NCBI GenBank assembly: GCA_014729135.1
Contig: WJKK01000001.1
Location: 535,590 to 599,589, forward strand
DNA from: a candidate division WWE3 bacterium
GTDB taxonomy: Bacteria; Patescibacteriota; WWE3; UBA101185; UBA10185
Direction: 5' to 3'
DNA length: 64,000 nucleotides
Shown piece after piece: positions 55,737 through 64,000 of this stretch (the first letter of the stretch is position 1; each line of letters starts with the position of its first letter). The position numbers and the translations under genes are program-made. Under the pieces are notes generated by a model that had not been told where the DNA came from, did not search any database, and saw only the letters and a list, made by a program, of their open reading frames with translations.

Positions 55737-56444
55737 ATGTCCATTCTCTACATTGTAGCAACTCCTATAGGTAATTTATCCGACATCTCAAAACACGCTA
55801 TAGAAGTATTAAGGAACTCTGATTTAATCCTTTCGGAAGATACGCGCGAGACAGAAAAGGTTTTACAGGCTTTTAATATAGACACTCCACAAATATCTTA
55901 TCGAGATCAAAACCATCATAAAATTATGCCAAAGATACTTGATGAACTTGCTTTAGGTAAAACCCTATCTTTGGTTAGTGATAGCGGTACCCCTTTAATT
56001 TCCGATCCTGGTTTTCAGCTGGTTCGTAAGCTTAGAGCGCTCCAAACATCAAAGCAAAACCAAATTCCATTTGAGATCATTTCAATTCCAGGTCCTTCCG
56101 CAGTAATAGCAGCTTTGTCAGTTAGCGGACTCCCTACTGATAATTTTAGCTTTCTAGGTTTTCTACCAAAAAAGACAACACAACAAGAAAAGATACTTAA
56201 AGATTTTGGAGCGCTGCCTTCAACTTTAGTGATTTACGAATCTCCTTTTAGAGTAAAGAGACTTCTAGCTACCATTCATGAAACTTTAGGTAACAGACTT
56301 GTGTGCTTAGCAAAGGATCTAACAAAAAAATATGAAAAAGTTGTTACGGCACCCGTTCAAGATATTTTGTCTAATGCATCTGAGATTAAAGAAAAGGGGG
56401 AATATGTTGTCTTAGTGGCAAAAGAAGGTTATACTTTAGAATGA
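55737..56444 (+). CDS. rsmI: 16S rRNA (cytidine1402-2'-O)-methyltransferase
   Basis: LYIVATPIGNL.D, EDTR, SDSGTPLISDPG, YESP.R. Confidence 0.95.
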   Translation: MSILYIVATPIGNLSDISKHAIEVLRNSDLILSEDTRETEKVLQAFNIDTPQISYRDQNHHKIMPKILDELALGKTLSLVSDSGTPLISDPGFQLVRKLRALQTSKQNQIPFEIISIPGPSAVIAALSVSGLPTDNFSFLGFLPKKTTQQEKILKDFGALPSTLVIYESPFRVKRLLATIHETLGNRLVCLAKDLTKKYEKVVTAPVQDILSNASEIKEKGEYVVLVAKEGYTLE

Positions 56445-56474
56445 TCTTTGTAGGTTTTTAGAAAGCAAAACAAA

Positions 56475-58571
56475 ATGGATAAGCAGATTTTAGAAAACGA
56501 AAAAAAGCATTTGGCAGAGGTTTTAGAAATTGTTAAAGAGGCTAAAAAGGACATGGAAGAAAGCCTCAAGTCTCTGGGAGCAGAAACAGTGGATAAGCTT
56601 GAAGAGCTTAGAGACAATCCGGAGACAAATGCAATGGACTTCTTTTTGTTTTTGGAGCAGATTCACCAAAAGCATGAGGCATTTAATTTAAAGGATCGTT
56701 ATAAAAGAATTGAAGAATTAAAGTTTTCCCTGGATGAGCCTTATTTTGCTCGAATTGACCTTCAAAAGCAAGATTTATCTCAGGAAGTTACGGAAATAAC
56801 TGGTGGAGATCCTGAAGGGGACGCTCAACCAAAAACCCGCAAAGTTTACATAGGAAAATTTGGTTTTACAGATGAACACACTCCCGTAATTACCGACTGG
56901 CGCACAAAAATAGCTTCAGTTTATTATCGCTATAGATATCCGCAAAAAGATGTCCATTATGAAACTCCCGAAGGTACAAAAACTCGGGACCTTTTACTAA
57001 AGCGCACTTTTGATATAGAAGAAGGGGAGCTTAACAAATACTACAATAACGACATTCAACTGGATGAGAGTGAGATTATAGTGGAAAAGATTGAATCCCG
57101 TACCGGAGGCGTCCTGGAAGATATAGTCGAGACAATTCAGGAGGCGCAGCTGGATATTATTGAGGAAGATCCAAGAACTCCCTGTGTTGTTCAAGGATGT
57201 GTTGGTAGCGGAAAAAGTACGGTAGCCATTCACCGCCTCTCACACATCTTTTTTAATTACAAAGAGCTAATTAAGCCCGAACGTTCCATTTTAATTGCAA
57301 ATAAGCAGATTCTGGTTAGCTATTTGGCAACACTTTTTCCTAAACTTGGAATTTTTGATATTAACTACAAGACTTTAAGTGATTTAGTTTATAATTTCAT
57401 ATTTCGAGAGGAGCTTGGTTTGGAGGTGGATTTTTCGTTACCTTTGAAGGGGGATTTGCTGGCTCTTGAAACTTTAGAAAAAGCACGTAGTCTTATTTTA
57501 GAAATTGAGGAAGACTATAAAACTAAAATGGAAGCTGTTTTTAAAGGCGAACATGAATCCTTTGGAGGATATGCTTACGATCCTGAAGTTTCTCCCTATG
57601 AAAATCTGCAATATGTAGTTACGGAGCTTTCAGAGGAACTTAAAACCCAAAAGGAGCTGCTTAAAGAAAATCCCAATTCGCCAAGATTATGGCTTTACAA
57701 GCTTAACGTTTCCGCTTTAAAAAAGATCCTAAAAAAACTAAACACGCTTAAACATGATTTAAAGAAAAAAGATCTAAAGGCTCTGTTAAAAAAACTAGGC
57801 CTAAATCCCAATAATAAGTTGGATTATGCTTCAACGCTTTTGTATGTTTACGCATATAGTCGCCTAATTGGCTTTGCAAACACACGTCGCTATCATTACT
57901 GTGTTGTTGATGAGGGTCAGGATTTTAGTCCGTTGGAGTATGCAGTTTTGGATACGTTTATTTTGCATAAGCGTTTTTGTATTCTTGGCGATCTAAATCA
58001 AGGTTACACAAAGCACGGCTTAAAGGATTGGCAGCAGTTGGAAGAGGTTTTTCAGACTGACGATCTTAAGGAGTTTAAGCTTAAGACAAACTATCGAAGT
58101 ACAAAACCAATTATTGACTTGGCTAATAAGATCTTAAAGCCTTTTACATCCGATTACCTACCGCAATCTATAAACCGTCGGGGGGAGGAGCCTTCCTTAC
58201 AAAGTTTTAAACGTACAGAGGACATGTACGATAAGGTTGAGGCCGATTTAAAAGGAGATATCAAGTCTTTGAAGAAAAGTATTGGTGTAATTTGCTATCA
58301 TGATAAGGACTTTGAACAAATGCAGGAGGTTTTGGGAAGACTCCCTCTGGAGGACGAGCGTAAAACTGTTTTAGCTTCCGACAAAAGAATTGATTATAAG
58401 CCAAAAAGTGTTTATTTGACGAAATTTGGAAACTGTAAGGGCCTGGAATTTGCTAAGGTATATATAGTGGGTCGTAATCCTTTGGATAATACGACGTTTG
58501 CAGAAGCTAAGCGTTCTTTTGTGGGCGTTACTCGTGCTATGGATAAGGTTTCAGCTTATTATGTTGACTAG
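56475..58571 (+). CDS. HelD-like superfamily 1 helicase (RNA polymerase recycling ATPase family)
   Basis: PYFARID, DWR, DIVETIQ..Q, QG..GSGKS, VDEGQD, LGD.NQ, NYRST, KGLEF, TRA. Confidence 0.85.
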   Translation: MDKQILENEKKHLAEVLEIVKEAKKDMEESLKSLGAETVDKLEELRDNPETNAMDFFLFLEQIHQKHEAFNLKDRYKRIEELKFSLDEPYFARIDLQKQDLSQEVTEITGGDPEGDAQPKTRKVYIGKFGFTDEHTPVITDWRTKIASVYYRYRYPQKDVHYETPEGTKTRDLLLKRTFDIEEGELNKYYNNDIQLDESEIIVEKIESRTGGVLEDIVETIQEAQLDIIEEDPRTPCVVQGCVGSGKSTVAIHRLSHIFFNYKELIKPERSILIANKQILVSYLATLFPKLGIFDINYKTLSDLVYNFIFREELGLEVDFSLPLKGDLLALETLEKARSLILEIEEDYKTKMEAVFKGEHESFGGYAYDPEVSPYENLQYVVTELSEELKTQKELLKENPNSPRLWLYKLNVSALKKILKKLNTLKHDLKKKDLKALLKKLGLNPNNKLDYASTLLYVYAYSRLIGFANTRRYHYCVVDEGQDFSPLEYAVLDTFILHKRFCILGDLNQGYTKHGLKDWQQLEEVFQTDDLKEFKLKTNYRSTKPIIDLANKILKPFTSDYLPQSINRRGEEPSLQSFKRTEDMYDKVEADLKGDIKSLKKSIGVICYHDKDFEQMQEVLGRLPLEDERKTVLASDKRIDYKPKSVYLTKFGNCKGLEFAKVYIVGRNPLDNTTFAEAKRSFVGVTRAMDKVSAYYVD

Positions 58572-58619
58572 TTTTTTTAACAGCATTTGGAAATTTTGTA
58601 GGCTTTACTAGAAAAGAAA

Positions 58620-60173
58620 ATGACAAAAGTTATTAAATATGTAAAAGAAAATATTTACGTTTTGATTTTAGGATTCATTACGCTTTGGCTTCGTTTGGTG
58701 AATTTGGGTTATTCCGATTACCAAGGGGACGAGATTAAGGCTATGTTTTTACCGGAGGAGGGTCAGTCTGTTGCTGAATTTTTGTTAACTCAGCGTAAGG
58801 GTCCTGTTCAGTTTATAATCACTTTTTTGCTAAAGCTGGTCGACCCCACTTATGATCATCGTTTCCTCATGCGTTTGCCCTTTGCTATAGCAGGCGTTTT
58901 AGCAGTATTTTCCTTTTATAAGCTTATTCGGCAGTACTTTTCCAGGAAGATCGCCTTTTTCTCCGCTTTCTTTTTAGCTACAAACGGATTTTTTGTCGCC
59001 TTTTCCCGCATAATTCAATATCAATCCTTTGTAATCATGTTTATGATTTTGGCTCTGTACTTTTTTACCTTGGCCTTTAAAAAGGAGTCATGGAAAATCA
59101 AGGGTCTTTATTTAGGATTTCTAGCCTGGTCACTTTCAATTTTGTCCCATTACGACGGGGTTTTTATTGGGCCTTTTGTCTTATACACTTTTTATCGCTG
59201 GATTAAAACTTACGAAATTAAGACCATGGGTCAATTCCTAAAAGCTTTTATCTTGCCCTCCCTAATGTTTACACTTCTTCTTTGTGCTTTTTACATTCCC
59301 TTTATTTTAGAGCTTTCTAAGTCAACATTAAGTTACTGGAAAGGTCGTATTGAAGGAACGGGGGGCAAGATCTCCAGTTCTAAATACCTTTTCACTGTTT
59401 ATCAGCCTATCTATGTAATTCACATCTACTTTGCACTTGCGGTTTTGGGAGCCCTGCGCATCCTTTGGAAGCTATTTATTCACTTTAAAAATAAAAACTG
59501 GGATCGCATGTTTTTATACTTTTCCTTAGGCGTTTGGTTTGTTTGTGCCATCACCTTCATGGAGTTTTTTGTGAACATCCCCGGCACGCATATTTATACC
59601 TATTTAATAAGCCTTTTCTGGATTTTAGGCATGGGCGTTATGTTTATTTATGAGCTTATGAAAATGATTTTTAGTAAGATTGCTTTTTCGGATGTTTTGT
59701 TTTGGCTTGGCACCGGAGTAGTTTTTCTGTTTATTTTTGCTCAATCTCATCAGATTTTTGTTGAACATGGCACTGAGTATCCTTGGAGAAGTGAGAAGTT
59801 TTTTGTATGGGAGTTTCCACGTCCAACTCCTATTTTTCATTTAAGCATTTTCGGATTTCCTTATTATCGCCACTGGGATGAAATTGGCGAGTTTGTAACA
59901 AATTCTGAAAACAACGGTTATTACTCCACAAATGAAAGAAAAAGTATTGCGCGCTATCACATTCCTTTTGATAAGGACACAGAAGAGGCGGGTCACTTTG
60001 TTTACATTAGAAATCCGCAAAGTTTTACTAATAAGATTATTTATGAAAAGGCTGATTATTGGGCTAAGCATTATCCGCCTGTGTTAAGCTTTTTTAAGAA
60101 TGGAGAGCCGGTTGTGAAGGTTTTTTATATGCCTAAGGGAAGTCTGGAAGAAATTCAGGAGCAGGGTTTTTAG
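58620..60173 (+). CDS. GT-C glycosyltransferase (ArnT-like)
   Basis: LRLVNLG...GDE, RLPFA..G, FSR; polytopic membrane protein. Confidence 0.8.
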   Translation: MTKVIKYVKENIYVLILGFITLWLRLVNLGYSDYQGDEIKAMFLPEEGQSVAEFLLTQRKGPVQFIITFLLKLVDPTYDHRFLMRLPFAIAGVLAVFSFYKLIRQYFSRKIAFFSAFFLATNGFFVAFSRIIQYQSFVIMFMILALYFFTLAFKKESWKIKGLYLGFLAWSLSILSHYDGVFIGPFVLYTFYRWIKTYEIKTMGQFLKAFILPSLMFTLLLCAFYIPFILELSKSTLSYWKGRIEGTGGKISSSKYLFTVYQPIYVIHIYFALAVLGALRILWKLFIHFKNKNWDRMFLYFSLGVWFVCAITFMEFFVNIPGTHIYTYLISLFWILGMGVMFIYELMKMIFSKIAFSDVLFWLGTGVVFLFIFAQSHQIFVEHGTEYPWRSEKFFVWEFPRPTPIFHLSIFGFPYYRHWDEIGEFVTNSENNGYYSTNERKSIARYHIPFDKDTEEAGHFVYIRNPQSFTNKIIYEKADYWAKHYPPVLSFFKNGEPVVKVFYMPKGSLEEIQEQGF

Positions 60174-60179
60174 CCTTTT

Positions 60180-60728
60180 ATGCAAGTTTTACTGCCCGAG
60201 GTTTATTACAAAGTTTTAATTTTAATTTCAGGTTTTGGGTCTAATGTTCCTGTGCTTATAGGGAGTATTTTATTTGCTTCGCTTGTCCTATTTTTTCTTA
60301 AATTTCGGCGAGAAGGTTTGCTAATTTTGCTAACTCCTTTAAGTTATTTTTATTCGCTTTTGTTAAAGGATGTTTTCAAGGTAGCGCGTCCTTTTGGAGG
60401 TCCCGATATACATGTTCGTTTTGCTCCTGATATTTACGGCTTTCCAAGTTCCCACGTTATTATTTACACGGTGTTTTTTGGATATCTTTTGTATTTGACT
60501 TTTTCTTTAAAGGAGAATTTCAATAAAGTTTTACTTTGGTTACTTCGGTTTATATTTATTTTCTTTTTATTGGGAGTAGGCTTATCCCGCTATGAGCTTT
60601 TATATCACTCAATTTGGGATGTTCTAGGAGGTTATTTTTTTGGAGCCATTTATCTCTTTTCGCTTGTTTATTTTTCTAAACCCTCAAAAAAGGGAGGAAA
60701 AACTTACCAAAAATCAGCACCAAAATAA
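60180..60728 (+). CDS. PAP2-family phosphatase
   Basis: K....ARP, FPSSH, SR....H...DVLGG. Confidence 0.88.
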   Translation: MQVLLPEVYYKVLILISGFGSNVPVLIGSILFASLVLFFLKFRREGLLILLTPLSYFYSLLLKDVFKVARPFGGPDIHVRFAPDIYGFPSSHVIIYTVFFGYLLYLTFSLKENFNKVLLWLLRFIFIFFLLGVGLSRYELLYHSIWDVLGGYFFGAIYLFSLVYFSKPSKKGGKTYQKSAPK

Positions 60729-61137
60729 TCAAGCTTGTTAGCGCCATAATCAAAACAAAACCCGCTGAAACATCCTTAATAACACGCGCACCGTCATCCT
60801 TGTGAGGAATAAGATTATCTATAAATTCCTCCACAACCGTATTAACCAACTCCGCAAACAGCAGAAGACCCATTGTAAGCGTCAAAAGACCCCACTCCGT
60901 TGAAGAAATGCGAAAATACCACCCCAAAACAATTGAAATAACAACAATAGAAACCTGAATTCTAAAATTCGGCTCATTTAAAAGCGCATGCAAAACTCCA
61001 CTGAAAGCATATCTAAAACTTTTGGCTCTACGACGAGGATGATGCGACTTTATAACATCTCTAATTTTCAAGCCCAACAAATTAAGATCCTTCTTAACCT
61101 CCTTGTCAAGCTGATCCTCATTAATAAGATTCACCAT
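60676..61137 (-). CDS. dgkA: Diacylglycerol/undecaprenol kinase (DgkA family)
   Basis: SFRYAFSG....EPNFRIQ, ELVNTVVE, KDVSAG.VL. Confidence 0.9.
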   Translation of the reverse strand: MVNLINEDQLDKEVKKDLNLLGLKIRDVIKSHHPRRRAKSFRYAFSGVLHALLNEPNFRIQVSIVVISIVLGWYFRISSTEWGLLTLTMGLLLFAELVNTVVEEFIDNLIPHKDDGARVIKDVSAGFVLIMALTSLIILVLIFGKFFLPFLRV

Positions 61138-61198
61138 ACTGTCTATGATACACTAACTTGTTGTATAATCGAACTGTTACAACAGTTGTTGCAAAATC

Positions 61199-62266
61199 AT
61201 GAAAAAAGTCTGGAACGTTGGCAAATACTTTTTAATATTGGGCGTAGGAATAGCCTTAGCTCGCTTTGTGTTTTTTAGAAATTCGGTAAAGTTAGTTTCA
61301 GTGCGAACTATTTCTTCCGAAACTCGCAAAGTAAAACAAACAATTTCTGCAAGTGGTGAGGTTATGGCAGAAAAATCAGCTACTTTATCCTTTCCCTTAG
61401 CCGGAACGCTTGCCTCATTAGATGTAGCTGAGGGCGACTCTGTAACTAAAGGAGCCACTATTGCTTCGGTTTCATCTGCTGACGCTTACTATTCTGTTGA
61501 AGCAGCTCGCGATACTTTTGATGCAGCAAAAAGAGACATTGACCTTTACATAGAAAATTACGACACAAATCCTGATGCAGTTGGTGGTAGAGATGAATAT
61601 GAAATTCAACTTCGTAAATATCGCGAACTTGCTGACAAGGCGGAGGCTACTTACAAGTCAACGCAACAGTCCTATTACAAAAACTTTTTAACGGCTCCTT
61701 TTGAGGGCGTGGTGATAAAAACCTATATTGAAGAAGGCGAAACTGTAAGTGTGGCAACTCCCGTGGTAAAAATTGCCGATCCTAAGGATTTATATTTTGA
61801 AATTACAGTTGATCAGGAGGACTTTGGCAAGATTTCTTTAGGCCAAGAAGTGGAAATTGAGCTGGATGCTTATGAGGATAGCGTTTTTGCAGGAGAGGTT
61901 TCTAAGCTTCCTGCTTATGCTAATGGGGGAGATACTCCTTCTTTTACGGTGGAGATTAAATTTGCCGAAAGCGCTACTCCCAAAGTTTTACTTGGTATGA
62001 CAGGAGATGCTGAAATAACAGTTGCATCTACTTCGGATCCGGTTTCGGCACTTTTATATGATGAGGTGTTTTACGATGCCAACGATAAGGCTTACGTATG
62101 GACGGTTAACGATTTGGGTAATTTAAAACGGGATTATGTAGAGGTTGGTCTTGAAGGAGATTTATATACTGAAATTAAGTCTGATTTACCTGAAACTTTA
62201 GTGATTCCCTTGGAGGATGACGCTGAAATTGAAGAAGGTTTTAAAGCAAAAATTACAAATGAGTAA
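61199..62266 (+). CDS. Efflux transporter membrane-fusion (MacA-like) subunit
   Basis: ISASGEV, lipoyl half-motifs V.EGD.V.KG and APFEGVV. Confidence 0.88.
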   Translation: MKKVWNVGKYFLILGVGIALARFVFFRNSVKLVSVRTISSETRKVKQTISASGEVMAEKSATLSFPLAGTLASLDVAEGDSVTKGATIASVSSADAYYSVEAARDTFDAAKRDIDLYIENYDTNPDAVGGRDEYEIQLRKYRELADKAEATYKSTQQSYYKNFLTAPFEGVVIKTYIEEGETVSVATPVVKIADPKDLYFEITVDQEDFGKISLGQEVEIELDAYEDSVFAGEVSKLPAYANGGDTPSFTVEIKFAESATPKVLLGMTGDAEITVASTSDPVSALLYDEVFYDANDKAYVWTVNDLGNLKRDYVEVGLEGDLYTEIKSDLPETLVIPLEDDAEIEEGFKAKITNE

Positions 62267-62981
62267 AGGGGAGGCTTTTGATATGGACTCAAATTCTGCT
62301 AATTCTACCAGCACACCTGTTCTAGAAGGTATTGGTCTAACTAAAGTTTACGACATGGGGGAGGTTAAGATTCGCGCGCTTAAAGGAGTTGATATTCAAA
62401 TTCTCCCCGGAGATTTTACAACAATTGTAGGCAAGTCAGGCTCCGGAAAAAGCACACTAATGCACATCATGGGGCTTTTGGACACTCCAACGGAAGGGCA
62501 AGTAGTTTTGCATGGCAAGGACACCACGCAATATTCTTCGGCAGAACTGGCACGTGTTAGAAATAAAGAAATAGGTTTTGTTTTTCAGTCGTTTAACTTG
62601 TTGGCAAGAACCTCTACTTTAGATAATGTCATCTTACCCCTGAAATATAGCAACACACCAAAAGCACAATGGGAAAAGAAAGCAACAGATGTTTTAAAAC
62701 GTGTAGGGCTTGGTGATCGTTTGCAAAACAAGTCTAATGAGCTTTCGGGTGGTCAAAAGCAGCGAGTGGCAATTGCTAGGGCTTTAGTAAATGATCCGGC
62801 TATAATACTAGCGGATGAGCCTACAGGAAACCTGGACTCAAAAACAGGGGAGTCAATTGAGCAGCTTCTTATAGATTTAAATAAGGAGGGTAAAACCATC
62901 ATTATTGTCACACATGATGAGGATTTGGCTCGCATAACGCCTAAAAAGGTGACTCTTCATGATGGCCTGATTGTTTCATGA
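62259..62981 (+). CDS. ABC transporter ATP-binding protein (MacB/LolD-like)
   Basis: GKSGSGKST, IGFVFQSFNL, LSGGQKQRVAIARAL, ADEPTGNLD. Confidence 0.93.
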   Translation: MSKGEAFDMDSNSANSTSTPVLEGIGLTKVYDMGEVKIRALKGVDIQILPGDFTTIVGKSGSGKSTLMHIMGLLDTPTEGQVVLHGKDTTQYSSAELARVRNKEIGFVFQSFNLLARTSTLDNVILPLKYSNTPKAQWEKKATDVLKRVGLGDRLQNKSNELSGGQKQRVAIARALVNDPAIILADEPTGNLDSKTGESIEQLLIDLNKEGKTIIIVTHDEDLARITPKKVTLHDGLIVS

Positions 62982-64000
62982 ATATTCCCGAAGCTTTTAG
63001 ATCTGCTTTAAGATCCTTATTTTCCAATAAGATTCGCACTTTCTTAACAATGCTAGGGGTCATAATTGGCGTTTTTGCTGTAGTTGCTTTGGTGTCTTTG
63101 GTAGAAGGTATAGAAAACTACATAGTGGATCGCTTTAATGCCATAGGATCCAATTTAATCATTGTTGCTCCGGGAAATGCCGGCTTTGCTCAAGATCCCG
63201 CAATATCTTTTACCAAAAAAACGCTGGAGGAAAAGCATGTTGATTTATTGCGTAAAGAGTTGGGTGGCTTGGTGCCGGGCGTAACTCCTTCTATTAGGCT
63301 AATTAAAAAGGCCTCTTATCGTGCTGAAACTCATCCAGCAATTATTACGGCAGCAAATTGGGAAGCTGCTGATTTATTTAGCGTGGACATAGTTGAAGGG
63401 CGTTTCTACACTAAAGCGGAGGTAATTAACAAGGATTATGTGGTTTTGCTAGCTCCAGCTGTAAAAGAAGATTTATTTGGAGATGCCGATGCGCTTGGTA
63501 AAAAGGTTAAAATAGGCTCTAAGCAGTTTACGGTTATCGGGCTAACGGGAAATGAGAGTGGTCAATCTAATGAGCGGGCTTTTATGCCTTACACAACAGC
63601 TCAAGAGGTTTTTGATGTGGATTCAATTACCAATATTTTAACTAAAGCTAAAAGTCCCGATACTATTGATCAGGTGGCTACTGAAATTGAGCATATCTTA
63701 GTTCAAGAGCTTGATCCCAATGACTTTACGGTTATTTCCCAAAGTGACATTTTAGCTTCTATTGGCGATATTTTAGATGTTTTATCCATAGTTTTGGTTG
63801 CTATAGCGGGAATCTCTTTGGTGGTTGGCGGTATAGGAATTATGAATATTATGCTTGTTACGGTTAATGAGAGGATTCGTGAGATAGGTCTGCGAAAGGC
63901 TTTGGGAGCTACACGCATTGATATTGCCGGTCAGTTTTTTATTGAATCCGTTTTAATCAGCCTCATTGGAGGGCTTTTTGGCCTTTTAGTTTCGTGGTTT
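62978..64000 (+). CDS. ABC transporter permease (MacB/FtsX family), truncated by window end
   Basis: MNIPEAFRSALRSLFSNKIRTFLTMLGVIIG...ISLVVGGIGIMNIMLVTVNERIREIGLRKALGA. Absent from the ORF track because there is no stop in the window. Confidence 0.92.
   Translation, partial: MNIPEAFRSALRSLFSNKIRTFLTMLGVIIGVFAVVALVSLVEGIENYIVDRFNAIGSNLIIVAPGNAGFAQDPAISFTKKTLEEKHVDLLRKELGGLVPGVTPSIRLIKKASYRAETHPAIITAANWEAADLFSVDIVEGRFYTKAEVINKDYVVLLAPAVKEDLFGDADALGKKVKIGSKQFTVIGLTGNESGQSNERAFMPYTTAQEVFDVDSITNILTKAKSPDTIDQVATEIEHILVQELDPNDFTVISQSDILASIGDILDVLSIVLVAIAGISLVVGGIGIMNIMLVTVNERIREIGLRKALGATRIDIAGQFFIESVLISLIGGLFGLLVSWF

Overview
Low-GC bacterial chromosome segment. The gene content (polX, lemA-htpX, gatCAB, Klenow-type polA, ClpE/C, rplS, type-2 ileS, rodA, class II nrdJ plus adenosyltransferase, glgP, leuS, rpmG, rsmI, HelD-like helicase, glycosyltransferases, MacAB-like ABC transporter) and the largely leaderless genes suggest a Patescibacteria/CPR organism; this is an inference. 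There are six tRNA genes (Thr-CGT, Gly-CCC, Asp-GTC, Lys-TTT, Glu-TTC, His-GTG). The most striking feature is a family of modular hairpin arrays (1-258, 9435-9772, 23424-23757, 34441-34610, 36454-36666, 42926-43012, 45869-46065). Where their start is visible, they begin at a tRNA CCA end or at a short copy of a tRNA 3' end. Their stems covary, they share a CGAA/TGAG tandem-GA motif, and modules join after YRCC. Downstream of tRNA-His, these arrays and repeated (A)CCCCA tRNA-end mimics punctuate a ~10 kb accessory region like a cassette array. Its cargo is an OLD-like ATPase plus TM protein, a split methyltransferase, three HEXXH peptidases, a GIY-YIG-like gene and its pseudogene copy, an XRE regulator, a receiver domain, and ImmA/IrrE plus a 2-TM protein. 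No integrase is present in the window. Other observations: repeated local strand-composition inversions, a 63-64 bp periodic palindrome triplet before polA, and an unannotated 30-aa peptide gene.
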